Assembly (NCBI RefSeq): GCF_018350175.1 | Contig: NC_058373.1 | Coordinates: forward strand, 106,704,001-106,768,000 | Direction: 5' to 3' | DNA from: Felis catus | Lineage: Eukaryota | DNA: 64,000 nucleotides | Part shown: piece by piece, positions 46,791 through 59,279 of the stretch | How the letters are laid out: each line of letters begins with the position of its first letter | Numbering within the stretch: position 1 is the stretch's first letter | The notes under the pieces: generated by a model | The model's database searches: none | The model's input: only the letters and a program-made list of their open reading frames with translations | Told to the model about the DNA's origin: nothing | Position numbers and translations under genes: made by a program

Positions 46791-48309
46791 ATAATGTTTA
46801 TTATTTAATAGGATATGTTTATTCAGCCTCTGAATAACTGATTGTGACTGAGGTGTCACGTGAATTACTGTGCACCCAGTAGTTGGGCAGACTAACCCTA
46901 AAGCGATAGCTTCTACTGGTAACTCTTCTAACCAACTCTCCAGCTATCACCTTGCACAACCCCATCTCTGCCCCACTTTCAGCATTGATAGAATAAGCAC
47001 ACAGTTTCCTTCCTATTTCAAAGGGTGATTTGAGTTAGTGGCTAGGAAATGAGGGGTCAGTGCAAAATAATAAACACTTTTTAAAAAGTATGTGAACACT
47101 TGGGTTTCACAGCTCGTGACGACCTTTGACAAAACGAACTTTGACAAAAAGCTGCCTTTCCATTTAGGGCTGCTCACAAAAAAGACCAAGGAAGAGAGGG
47201 TTTATACACAGAAAAGCATGTCTTTATACATGTCATAGAAAAACACCAGATGAATTTTTAAAGATAATTTTAATTTATTTATGCCTCTTCATTGGCTGGA
47301 ACAATTGAGCAAACTGAATTCATTTTTCCTTCATCCCGATACCATGCTATTTTCAGTCTATGAGTTTTCATCCATGACATTGTGGAGGTCTGGCATACTC
47401 TCAGCAAACCCTAAACACTGGCAAGCACAGTGGCAAGGTCTGGAGATTCAATGACAAATAAAACAAAACTGACCTGGACTCCAATCTCTTGAAACCTTCA
47501 TGTAAATCCCACCCTTTGAAGGTTCAGTGCAAACCACCTTCTCCACAAAGGACTTCCACACTAAATGTGATGGAGGGGTTTCCATGGTGTAGTCGTTACC
47601 ACATTCATTTCACACTACTCTATATGCACATCTCTCCCTTCTCTGAACTGTTTGTGCTTACAATCTATACCATGCCATATGACAGTGTTATTTTGTACTC
47701 CTCTAGAACTGTTTCAACAATTCATCTTTTTGTTTTTACCCCAGGTGCAGTGTATTCAATTAACCATAATTCCCATTTTCATCACTGGTTGTGCAAGAGT
47801 TCTCTCGTGTATTTTATCCCCACACTGCACCCTCCATGCCCTCCGCATCCTAAGCTACCATTTCAAGTAATCTAATGTATATCTTTTCACTGTGTTTTCT
47901 TCCAAATGAGCACTACCTTCTAAGCACATAAATTTAAGTGTATGTAAACAGAATTATGTTATTATAGTTCTTTACTTTTCTCCACTCAACACCATGCTTC
48001 TAGGATATATCCGTGTTGCTATGTGTTCATTTATTCCATGGCTGCTGTACTCCATGGTGTACCTCTGCCACCTTCCCCCTTTTGTAAAGATAGCCACCAG
48101 GGTGGCCTCCAACTTACCCAACAAACGTTCTAGTTATTTTATTTATGTTATTTGGACTATAGCTAAACTATTAACTGCTCATAAAAAAGGAACATGTTTT
48201 TCTTGTCAAGGAATATTTGCTAATTTTCTATTGTGGCCTATATATGTTTTCTAATGTAAAGTGGTGAAGATTAAAGTAAAATTAATAATAATAACTAAAA
48301 TAAGGAGTT

Positions 48310-48530
48310 GCCAATGGAGTCTTCCTGAGCTGAGTTTAATCCTGGCTTTACCCCTTACTAGCTGTGTGACTTTAGGAAAGTAATATACCTACTTGCTTTG
48401 AGCATCTCTTTCTTCTTCTGTAAAAGTGGATAAAACCACATACCTTAGCGGGCTGTTATGAAGAATAAGCTAATTAACTCATACAAAGCAACTTAGAACA
48501 GCAAATGGCATATGACAGGTGTTGAATAAT
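48310..48530 (+). mobile_element. MIR
   Basis: gagtttaatcctggctttaccccttactagctgtgtgactttaggaaagt... matches the MIR core. Confidence 0.75.
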
Positions 48531-48800
48531 GGCTGCTATGAGCCCTACCTACTGTTTCAAACTATAGGCATTTGGACCCATCAGCTCTTCTAAGAGTGTA
48601 AGGATCTTAGAGACAGGACTATTTCAGATACTTCTTTATATCTGCTCATTAGCCCACACTGTTTCGTGTAATGTTCCATACATTTACGTTTAATGGGTTA
48701 CTATAATTATTTGGTTAGCATTCTGCTAACTTAGATTTTAAGTATATATGCTAGAGTAAAATGCTTTTTTAAATCCAAGAATGTGGTATGTGTTAATACC

Positions 48801-48838
48801 TTTATTGCAAGATTCATGGAAATCTTCTATTATTTATT
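48801..48838 (-). terminator. DHRS7 polyadenylation signals (two AATAAA on - strand)
   Basis: TTTATT on + at 48801-48806 and 48833-48838, ~120-155 nt past the stop codon. Confidence 0.65.
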
Positions 48839-48958
48839 ACATGTTGAAAGTTGTATCTATTAAAAAGTAAAATCAGAAGTTAGTCTTCAGTATATAAAGA
48901 TTGCTGATTTCATTCTCCCTCCAGGAGCTTAAAAAAAAAAAATGCGAGTACTCCTCCT

Positions 48959-49006
48959 TCAGTCATGTTTTGTCTTCCAGGTTTTAAAGTAAGAGGCATC
49001 TGCATC
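48959..49006 (-). CDS. DHRS7: DHRS7 last coding exon (exon 7)
   Basis: Reverse complement: ttacag|GAT GCA GAT GCC TCT TAC TTT AAA ACC TGG AAG ACA AAA CAT GAC TGA, giving DADASYFKTWKTKHD*, which resembles the DHRS7 C-terminus as recalled. Confidence 0.93.
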   Translation of the reverse strand, partial: DADASYFKTWKTKHD

Positions 49007-49136
49007 CTGTAACAGAGAGACAGTAACGTGAATCACTCTCTCTGTATATTTACCCCAGTTTTGTTTGTTTTGTGTTTTGTTTGTTTTTACACAAAAAAAA
49101 GCTATATCATTATTTTTCACTGTTAAGAATTCTTAG

Positions 49137-49363
49137 GGGCACACAGGCAGCTCAGTCAGTTAAGTGTCTGACTTCAGCTCAGGTCATGATCTCGCGGTTG
49201 GTGAGTTCAAGCCCTACGTCAGGCTCTGTGCTGACAGCTCAGACCCTAAAGCCTGCTTCAGATTCTGTGTCTCCCTCTCTCTGCCCCTCCCCCGCTCTCT
49301 CTCTCTCCCTCTCTCTCTCTCTCTCAAAGATAAATAAACATTAAAAAAATTAAAAAAAAAAAA
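49137..49363 (+). mobile_element. CanSINE in DHRS7 last intron
   Basis: SINE body, A tail and TSD-like AAGAATYCT. Confidence 0.9.
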
Positions 49364-50479
49364 GAATCCTGGGCAAAGAAAACCTGGGCAAAGGCTTAAA
49401 TTAGAATAGAAATCATAGTGAGAATTCTAGATCTACACAAACATATCTCTGTATCATATCTCCATATCTTAGTATCATTATCAGGTATCGCTATCAGGTA
49501 TAAACATCATTGATTAGCATCTGCTCATGCCATTTCTTAAAGGCTGAAATCTCTATTATTACTCTTCTAGACCAGCATATCATACCTACACTAACTTGCC
49601 TTAATAAATACAAAGAATAGGTCAGGGTATTTAGGATTGAAGTATCTGACAGATAACTCTAAAATTATTTCTAGTTATTTCTAGTACATTGCTTAAAGAG
49701 TAAAACGAGGCAACCCAATAATCCTTGAGATGTGATATTTCATTTGGGAAGATATGCATTTACTACTTCCAAGAATTTGCACTAAGACAAAAAAAATATG
49801 TAACAATTCGGTGCAGCTCTTGTTCTTGATCCTGGAAAATAATATATATTCATAAAAACAAAGTTCCAGACATAATGTTCCCACCCTAAACAATAGAAAC
49901 AAACTCAAGTATTATCAACAAGTACATTTAGTTTGGGATAAGCTATACTGGCATTATCTTAACATAGATGCCTTATAAGTAAATAGAAAATAATAGAAAA
50001 GAAGCAGGAGGAGAAAACCATAAAAAAAAAAGTGAGGAACAATTTTTTAAAGTTTATATGGTTTTACATAAAGAATGAGGAATTTGATCTCAGAAATGGT
50101 CTTCAGAAATGAAAGGATGCCCAGTTTCTCATTTAAAAAAAAGTGATTAGCAACAAGACCATGTAATGAGCAATATGTTAAAGATGGTGGTAAGAAGAGA
50201 AAGGCCATCATTTTAGCAAAGTCTAGATGTAATCGAATGCTTGACTTACTGAGTAATGTCTATATTTTACAGTTATATAATCTATAAAGAAAACAAATTC
50301 ACATTCTTGTGGATGTCCCAAAGAGTACAACTATTATAATAGCACCAAAAGTCTAGCCCCGGTCCCCCCAACTCCCGCATCCCTCAAAAAAGTAATTTCT
50401 ATAATGTATTCTTTCTCAACCCTATTGCTTAACTCTCTGATCTTTATCTATTAGTTAAATATCCTGCTACCATCAAAAC

Positions 50480-50730
50480 AGAAACATTAACAGCTAGTAC
50501 TTAACAAGCAGGACATTCCAAGATGTGTTTTAAGGGCTTTCCATGTACTCACTTAATCTCTGTGACAATCCTATGAATAAGTGCATCATTAGTCTCCATT
50601 TTGTAGCTGGGGAGATTGACATAGAAAAGAAGTCTGAGACTGAGGGATGAGGTCATGGGACAGAGCTGGGATTTCAACCCAGGTAGCCTGGTAAGAGGCT
50701 CCATGATCTTAATCAGAGAGCTATCACCTC
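50480..50730 (-). mobile_element. MIR
   Basis: ctccattttgtagctggggagattgac...gagctgggatttcaacccagg. Confidence 0.65.
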
Positions 50731-50844
50731 CCTAATACTGGGGACTTTCTTTCCCAACTCTTATCCATCACTGGGCACAATACCACTATACCAGCTGCCC
50801 TCCAAATTTGAAATTCAGATGTAAATCTTTGATGAAGCTCTACC

Positions 50845-51192
50845 TTTTTAAAAAAAGTTTTATTGGGGCGCCTGGGTGGCGCAGTCGGTTAAGCGTCCGA
50901 CTTCAGCCAGGTCACGATCTCGCGGTCCGTGAGTTCGAGCCCCGCGTCAGGCTCTGGGCTGATGGATCGGAGCCTGGAGCCTGTTTCCGATTCTGTGTCT
51001 CCCTCTCTCTCTGCCCCTCCCCCGTTCATGCTCTGTCTCTCTCTGTCCCAAAAATAAATAAAAAACGTTGAAAAAAAAAATTAAAAAAAAAAAAAAGTTT
51101 AAGTAATCTCTGCACCCCCACATGGGTTTCAAACTCACAACTCCAAGATCAAGAGTCACATGCTCTTCATACTGAGCTAGCCAGGTGCCCCA
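50845..51192. mobile_element. Young CanSINE (50865-51097 +) nested in the tail of an older antisense short SINE
   Basis: Inner TSD AAAAAAAGTTT; outer TSD-like gaagctctaccttt and gaagtcccaccttt. Confidence 0.85.
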
Positions 51193-52266
51193 GAAGTCCC
51201 ACCTTTAGAACCAACCCACACCACCACATCCCAGCATTACCAACACTTATAAATGGCTTGGTACCAAGCAAACTCGTCCATATTACAACTTGGTAGAAAA
51301 TAAATAGCCCCTTCATTTTTCAAGCTCTGGACTTGGTGCATCATGGAAGTTTTATAACCTTTAAGTCTCTTTAAGCATTTTGTTTTATTTTTTTCACTAA
51401 TTTATGTTCAGGATCCTTCAAAAATTGGGAACAAATTAAGTGCCTAACAATTTGTGGACTGCTTAAATAGTGGACGGTTACATAATGATACATATGGTAT
51501 GCTCCCACTGAATAATGCTCTTTATATATCAATCCCTGCTAACATTTCTAAAAGAACGTAGTAGTTATTGAAAATAATTTAACAATAAAAAACATCCACA
51601 GAAATAGCCTTTCTTTGCATAATCCTATCCATAATTTTTGGCTTAACTCATTACATTTTCTTGCTCTTCAAACATTAAATTCTTGTGATGGTCACAATTT
51701 TCTCAGAAATAGCTCATAATATTCCTCACTTAGCTGTAGGAATGAGTGCCAAAAGAATGAACAATCACCATATTTTTTCAGACATGGACATTTTGGTACA
51801 TGTCATGTGCACAGTGCTTCCAGAATGAGGCCAAAGGAACCAGCACTACACAGAGAGAGTGCATGATTTTTCACTGCATGGTAAGTGCTTTGACAGAGTA
51901 AAGCGCGGGCTGAGGCCTCATCCTGGAGAGAAACTGGAGGGGAGGCCATTATCATTCCAGGGAGATGGTACCAGGTAGGAATTTGTGATGAAAAACAGTG
52001 GAGAAAGAAGACATACATTGGTCAATCATTAAGTTTTTAGAAGATAAAATGACAATCTCTGATTTGAGTTTACCTTGTAGAAATTTCTAAGACCAGTAGT
52101 AATTTATAGTAAACCAACAGATATGCCTGGGGAATACAATACTTCTTATATCTTTCGTATTTATGTCATAAAGTTGATGGGGAGTAAGAAAAGTTTTCAA
52201 GTGCTCAAAAATTTCATACTTTCTACAAGACTGATATGTATTAAGAATTGTATAAATTGGTCTTAC

Positions 52267-52482
52267 CAAACCCTTCTTAAAGTTCTCAATTCGTTTCTTC
52301 CCTAATATGTTGGTCAGCCACCAGGCCCAGGTTGGCATATATTGCCACAAATATGCTATTAATAAAAAAGGGTGATCCGCAATCCAAACTTCTTTCAAAT
52401 CATTGGCCATGCTGATTAACATCAGCCGCACACAACGACTGGTCGCCATCTTGTGGGACTGGGCTACATCAATGCCTACAGA
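52267..52482 (-). CDS. DHRS7: DHRS7 exon 6
   Basis: Reverse complement: tcttag|TCT GTA GGC ... GGT TTG|gtaaga; encodes SVGIDVAQSHKMATSRCVRLMLISMANDLKEVW...KKRIENFKKGL; 216 nt. Confidence 0.95.
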
Positions 52483-53695
52483 CTAAGAAAATGTTAAAAA
52501 AAAAAAAAGTAAGTGAATGCTGAGTATTTATCCAAGATATTTCACAAAACTTTTTAGCTATACAGGACTCAGAGGTCATGTAGTTGACGCTTTCACTGGG
52601 ACCTCATGCCCCTTAGAAGACGTCATTGGTACTGATGGGTGTCTATAAACTGTAATGTTTCAAAAAGCCTTAGACAAATCATACATGACCAGATAAGATC
52701 ATGTAGGCTACATTAAAGATGAAGGTTCTTTGCTTTTATTTACATCCCCTTTAATTTAATGAAAATTATATATCAATTTAGCAATAAAGATTTTTAAATA
52801 AATTACTAATACATATATTTAGCAAATGAAATTCTATAAACCATGGAGTCCATAGTGAACAAATCTGGTACTGCTAATCCAGTTAACACACTACCATTCT
52901 ACAAATAAATAAACTGAAGCCCATAAAGGTAGTAACTCATCTGTGTTCACACAGATCACTAGCAGTAACCAGATCTTCCAAGTCACTTGATTCCCAAAAC
53001 AGCGTGCTGCTTCTAGTTTAGCTTACAGTCTCCACAGAAAATGTGAAAATATAAATCATATCTGTAAACATTTACACAGAAGCATAAACAGATTTATGTC
53101 TCAGCAGAAATTGATCTTCGTGGAGAAGGAGGAAAATTTCACGGTCTTTAGTGGGATTTTGTATCACTGGGTGATACTGGACTCATCGCAAGAAATTTGT
53201 CATCCACTTGGCAACTCACCATGTGCAGTCCAAGAGCTGAGGGAAGCACGGGCGTGTGATCAGGCACAGGTGAAGCGAACCTAAAATTATTGCAATCCAG
53301 CCAGGCTTTTTCTAAGCTCCTTCACCATAGCTCTTCTTTAAAATCCCAGTAAGATTTAATGTGCTAAGATTCAGCCACACAAATCCTTTCAATGTTGCTA
53401 TAATTTGTGAAGTGATAGAAACTGAGTTTTTCAAATGTTGATAGCCCACATCATAGTGGATTACTTATAAGCAGTATCTTATCAACTTCTTTAGCCTTTA
53501 TTAAAACTGAATGCCAAAGCACTAGCAGCTAAACTTAACAGCGTTCCTACTGCCAATGAGTTAAGTTTTGCAAATAATTCATAACACAGTAACATGTTAG
53601 TGTAATATGTTAGAAAAAATTCTAAGCACAGTGATGCAATACCAATACATAACTACTAAAGTGTTCAAATTATTCTCCAACTAGAAGGTTTTTAC

Positions 53696-53818
53696 CTTTG
53701 TGACTTCTTCAGACAGGGCATTCTTCACAATATTTGACTGCACAGGTCCTGGACAAATGTTAGAAACTACTATACCTGGGTATGTAGCAAGTTCAGTACG
53801 GAGGCAATTAAAAAAACC
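53696..53818 (-). CDS. DHRS7: DHRS7 exon 5
   Basis: Reverse complement: tattag|GGT TTT TTT AAT ... ACA AAG|gtaaaa; encodes GFFNCLRTELATYPGIVVSNICPGPVQSNIVKNALSEEVTK; 123 nt. Confidence 0.94.
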
Positions 53819-54043
53819 CTAATAGGCCAAAAACAAAAAAAACAAAAACAAAGAAAGAGGTCAACAAATAAAATTAAATACATGTATCTCATGCTTGCTA
53901 TTAGCACGACATTACTTTTCTTCAACTTTTTATGTGGGACACTAGCACATTATCAAAATATGTTTTTAAATGCCAAGTAAAGGACAGGAAATCTCACTGG
54001 GCAAGTTTATTAAACATTTTTAACTCTAAGACAGGGCAATCTA

Positions 54044-54270
54044 GGGCGCCTGGGTGGCTCCGTCGGTTAAGGGTCTGACTCCTGATTTCAGCGCAGGTCA
54101 TGATCTCACGGTTCGTGGGATCGAGCCCCATGTCGTGCTCGGTGCTAACAGGGCAGAGCCTGCTTAGGATTCTCTTTCTCCCTCTCTTTCTGCCCCTCCA
54201 CTGCTCACATTCTCCTCTCCCTCCCTCTCTCTCTTTCCCTCTCAAAAATAACTAAACACTAAAAAAAAGA
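54044..54270 (+). mobile_element. CanSINE
   Basis: gggcgcctgggtggctccgtcggttaag... followed by an A tail. Confidence 0.9.
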
Positions 54271-55057
54271 CTGGGGGCAATTTAGAACAGGCATCCTCAG
54301 GCATCACCATCTTCTGGTAGGAATAATTGACACCTTCTGGCAGTGGTGGCTGACACCACGAGTTATGTCTCACGGTAGGCGCAGGACAGGGGAAAAACTA
54401 TCCCTGGAGACTCTGACACACCCTCCCCACACCAGTCCCCATCTCCCTGCTTCTTTTATCCCTCAAAGCAGTCTCAAGTGCCACTGCTGGCGCAAGAGGG
54501 AGCAAGAGGGATTAAAACCTTGACAGAAATTATCATAGAGGAAGAATTCAACTTTCTCTATTTATATGACTATTTTAACAGACAATTTGTTTCAGCATTT
54601 ATTTTTAGGGTTAGCAAGCGAGTCCGTGGCTGGTTAAAAATGTAATAGGATTGCTTCCTCAATGACTTTCATAAAAACAAGCTAGACCCTCTAGACTTGA
54701 AGATACTGGCTACTTCTGAACAAATAGGGAGTAAACATCTACTTCCCCTCCTCTCTTTTCCTAAATTAGGAAATGTTCCAAGATTACATTGGTATCAGCT
54801 GAGATAAGTATTGAAAAGCCTAAACAGCTAATCTGGAGTGTGATCCAACATTAAAACAGTTACCAGCTCTTAATGCCAACCACTAACAAACAGCAGCTAT
54901 AAGGGTTCACGCTGCCAGGGACCAACAAAGTGCCTGCCTCAGACGTACATGAAAAAAGTCTTTGTAAATCAATGAACTCTCGTATCCTTAACCTCTCTAC
55001 AGCAAAAGAGGAGAGAGGACACCATGAAAGCCAATACATCATGTTAAACCTCTCCTT

Positions 55058-55286
55058 GGGGCACCTGGGTGGCTCAGTCGGTTAAGCGTCCGACTTCAGC
55101 TCAGGTCACGATCTCATGGTCTGTGAGTTCGAGCCCCGCGTCGGGCTCTGGGCTGATGGCTCAGAGCCTGGAACCTGCTTCCGATTCTGTGTCTCCCTCT
55201 CTCTCTGCCCCTCCCCTGTTCATGCTCTGTCTCTCTCTGTCTCAAAAATAAATAAACGTTAAAAATTAAAAAAAAAAAAAAAAAAA
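55058..55286 (+). mobile_element. CanSINE
   Basis: TSD AAACCTCTCCTT; long A tail. Confidence 0.92.
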
Positions 55287-56574
55287 CCTCTCCTTGTCTG
55301 AAGTCACATCTAGTATAGTGTGTGAACTTTTCAGTGATAAATAAATTCACTCTATAGCTTGTTGGGAATCAGGGAAGGAAATGTGTTCTTCCAAAAGTAC
55401 TTCCTAGTCCTAGTGTTCAGCTACTGGTTTAACTAACTGGAGTCTCAACCTGCCACACTGTATAACAGGATCAAATCCAGTAATAAAACAGTGAGTCCTG
55501 GAAGGCAGGCCAGATAGCTCAGGTTGCATTTTAGTGAAAGCACTCTGCATGTCAGGAAGATACTGGGCTGTCTTCCCTCATCCACCTGCCTGAGACTTGC
55601 CCATCTGCTCTGCAGGAAGTAACTACTACCCCATTACCAAATATGGGGAAATCATCAGTGTAGCAATCTGTTTCATCACTCTCCGCAACCGTCTCTCTCC
55701 ACAGCAGAAAGAGGATACCCTAAAGAACCAAAGCTTCAGATCCTCATGAATCTGTGAAGGCCATTCAGCTGTTGCATCTCATTATTCCAACAGCGAAACA
55801 TTCCACTTACGCTGACTTTCAACAGCATTAATTATAAATTATATGTCTCCTATTGGCCTTAGGATCTAATTTGTTCTATGTTAGAGTTTAATAGTATTTC
55901 TTCATATCCATTCTTAAGCCAATATTAAAAAGTCATTTGTTTCTATAGTCACAGCTAGTAAGTTATTGTAGCCCAAATCAAGCTTTCTCTCAGCCTCTGC
56001 CTTGACTGGATTTTCTTCTTTCAGTGAAGCCACAGTAAATAGGGTCAAGACTAGTCCCAGTAGGGATACAAAGCCCAGGTCTAATCATCCAGCAGGGAGC
56101 TCCTACTTCTGACATGCAAATATATTTAGACTAGATAAAATAAATGCCAACTACAACGGGGAAGGAGAAAGAAGTCAGAGAAATGCGAAGGGTAAGTACA
56201 TCAAGTGTGTGCAGAAGAAATGGGGGGTAGAGTTTCCATGAAGATGTGATACAAATGAGGATGAGGGTGACATGTTGAACAGACTATATACTTCTTTAGG
56301 GTGGGGACCATTTCTTATCTTTATATTCCCAGGATCCACTGCTATGCACAGCATGGCACAGTGTCGGTACTCAGTACATGTTTGCTGAATTAGGAAGAGG
56401 CGTGTGAGATTCAAGTCTCTTTTAGCATCTTCTGGGGATGTCCTCTACCCAAGGTCTCCTTGGGTCTCTCTTGCTGTTCCCCTACATCACTGCCCCGTTC
56501 CAATGACCTCTTGCAGTGATGGCCGTATCTCCCATATACATATTTAGATCAGAGCTGAGTTTGAGCAGTCTTAC

Positions 56575-56814
56575 CCGGAGAGCATGTTTGCTGGCACAAT
56601 ATCCACTAGAAAGGGGCGCAGATATGATACCCAGGAGGCTATTCACAGTAACAATCTTTCCTTGTTTCCTCTCGATCATGTGAGGCAGGACACACATTGT
56701 CAAGGACAGTGTCCCTAAGTAGTTAAGCTCTATTAGCTCCTTGAAGACATCCAGGCTGGTCTCCACAAACAAAGAACGCTGAGATCTTCCAGCATTGTTG
56801 ACCAGAATGTCGAT
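56575..56814 (-). CDS. DHRS7: DHRS7 exon 4 (NNAG motif and catalytic YxxxK)
   Basis: Reverse complement: aactag|ATC GAC ATT CTG GTC AAC AAT GCT GGA ... CTC CGG|gtaaga; encodes IDILVNNAG...NYLG...VNS...GYCASKHALR; 240 nt. Confidence 0.96.
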
Positions 56815-57252
56815 CTAGTTAAATAAAATCAGAAAAGGGGCACTTTGGGGATGACCTGTAAATGGACTGATACAATTCTTAGGGATGGCTGGTTATATTG
56901 TTAACTTGAAGAATCATTGGAATGGAATGGTGAATTTCTAGCAGTCAGCAATAAATAGAAAAAATAAAAACCATAATTCACCTACGGAATTAATTTCCTA
57001 TCATAAAAATAAAAGGCACAGTGAATTTTTACCTTCTTTTGTTCTACATGAAGGAATTAGTACTTAGTAAGGTATGGAAAGTACTAATTACATAAATCCA
57101 AAGACTTAAAGTATAAAAGACTCATGGGCATTGATCTCACTGCATGGACCCGTTTGCCTAAAACCCTTTAAATGACAGCACACAAAGAAGGGAATCTCTT
57201 TTGTAGCTACCTATTTCAAAGCAAGACTTACCAATTCAAAATGGCTACTTAC

Positions 57253-57359
57253 TTTACCAAACTCCTGGAGGACCATTTTGGTAGCCGCCTCATGGGAACT
57301 TCTGTCAGTCAGGTCAAGTGGCAAAACGAGTATATCTTTGTCTTTTAAATTGCCATTCT
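57253..57359 (-). CDS. DHRS7: DHRS7 exon 3
   Basis: Reverse complement: atttag|AG AAT GGC ... GGT AAA|gtaagt; encodes ENGNLKDKDILVLPLDLTDRSSHEAATKMVLQEFGK; 107 nt. Confidence 0.95.
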
Positions 57360-58404
57360 CTAAATAAAGACATTTAAAAATTAGTGCAGAAGTTGTAAGA
57401 TAGTCCAATCAAGCTTCCGGCTACTTGGTGTTAAGTTTAATACCCACCCTATAACTGGACTTGGCAAAAACTCATTTCTGAGTGGCCTTGTGGAAGAATT
57501 TCTCTCAGTGACCAAGAGGACTGGCAGTAATAAGGCAATATCTAATCAGACAAAAAGCTGGCTGGGTACACAGGAAGTAGTATGGCTCTCTTCAACTTGA
57601 ATACGGACAGTCTAACATTGGAACAGACTCTACAAGAAACCATGATTATACTACAAGCTAAAAAAAAAAAAAATTAGAGCTTTTTCTTTAGAAGTACAGA
57701 GATATATTTGTTTCATTATAGGCTCAGAAAGTATAGTTTCTCTTTTACACACATTAAAACATAAAAACAATTTATGCTTCACATTAGTAAGACATTCAGA
57801 GTTAACCCAGTCACATGACACACAGAAGCTTCCTTCCCGACAAGGATTCAGGGATGCAAACATGGAACAGGACACAACCTTCAAACTGCCAGTCGAGAAA
57901 CATGTTGGCCCTTTCTGTCACTACTCATCAAAAGAGTATGTTTTGAAATACAACCAGTAAAGCCAATAAGAAAGGCAGGTAGAGAAAATAAACGAGGTAC
58001 AAAGGTTTTACGGACAAACTGTTAAGCTGTGAAACATCAACTGTTTTAAAAAAGAAATGGAAATGCTTGCACCAGTGATCTGACAGATAAAAGGAAAAGT
58101 CAGCCTTAGTCTAGCAGACACATGCTAACATGGTTCATTTCTGCCAGTACAGGACTTGCAAGTCTTAACAGCCAGAGGAAGTGTCCCAGTGCAAAGTATA
58201 AGAGGCCTCTGAAGGCAATATTGTGAAAGAGGCCTTGTGGCCTTGCTACTGACTCTCTTTTCTGCATGGTTAACTCCATCAGCAAACTGAAAGAAAATTG
58301 TTTCAAGAATGAAAGGTAGAGAAATGACCCAAAGAATGGTCTGCTTGAAAATTCAAAATTATCTCATTTTAGGTACTGTTTCATGACAAATGATAACTTT
58401 TCTT

Positions 58405-59148
58405 TTTTTTTTTTTAACGTTTATTTATTTTTGAGACAGAGAGAGACAGAGCATGAGCAGGGGAGGGGCAGAGAGAGAGGGAGACACAGAATCTGAAATA
58501 GGCTCCAGGCTCTGAGCTGTCAGCACAGAGCCCGATGTGGGGCTCAAACTCACGGACCGCGAGATCGTGACCTGAGCCGAAGTCAGACGCTTAACCCACC
58601 AAGCCACCCAGGCGCCCCTGATAACTTGTTTTCAAGTGAACACATCTATACCAAAACCTAAACCAAAAAAAAAAATTAAAAATAAATAAAAATAAAAAAA
58701 TAAAAATTAACATTGTTGCTCCCTATATGAATATTACCTCAAGCTGCATTTTAAAACCTAATTCAATTCCTGTTCTTTCATTTTTTTTGTTCTTTCATTT
58801 TTATAACAAAAATCTTATAGTGTCCCATATGACTTTAATATCTGCTATTTCAGCAAAATGAAGAAGGATCCTTTCTAGTTAAATTTCTATGGTTACACAC
58901 ATGAATGCCATATATAAGAACCAAACTGTTCTTTCTCTAAGACAAAAGTATAAAGTACGTGGTCACTGAAAATCCGCCAGCATTCGGGGTGCCTGGGTGG
59001 CTTAGTTGGTTAAGCGCCCAACTTCAGCTCAGGTCATGATCTCACAGTTCCGTGAGTTTGAGCGCCACATTGGGCCTTGTGCTGACAGCTCAGAGCCTGG
59101 AGCCTGTTTCGGATTCTGTGTCTCCCTCTCTCTCTGCTTCTCCCCTGC

Positions 59149-59182
<34 letters not shown>

Positions 59183-59212
59183 AAAAATAAATAAACATTT
59201 AAAAAAAAAAAG
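58405..59212. mobile_element. Two CanSINEs (58405-58618 -, 58986-59212 +)
   Basis: TSDs TGATAACTT and GAAAATCCRCYAGCATT. Confidence 0.9.
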
Positions 59213-59279
59213 AAAATCCACTAGCATTTAAAAGAATTCGTGATCAGTCTCTAATATCAAGAGTCAGCACAAAATAAAA

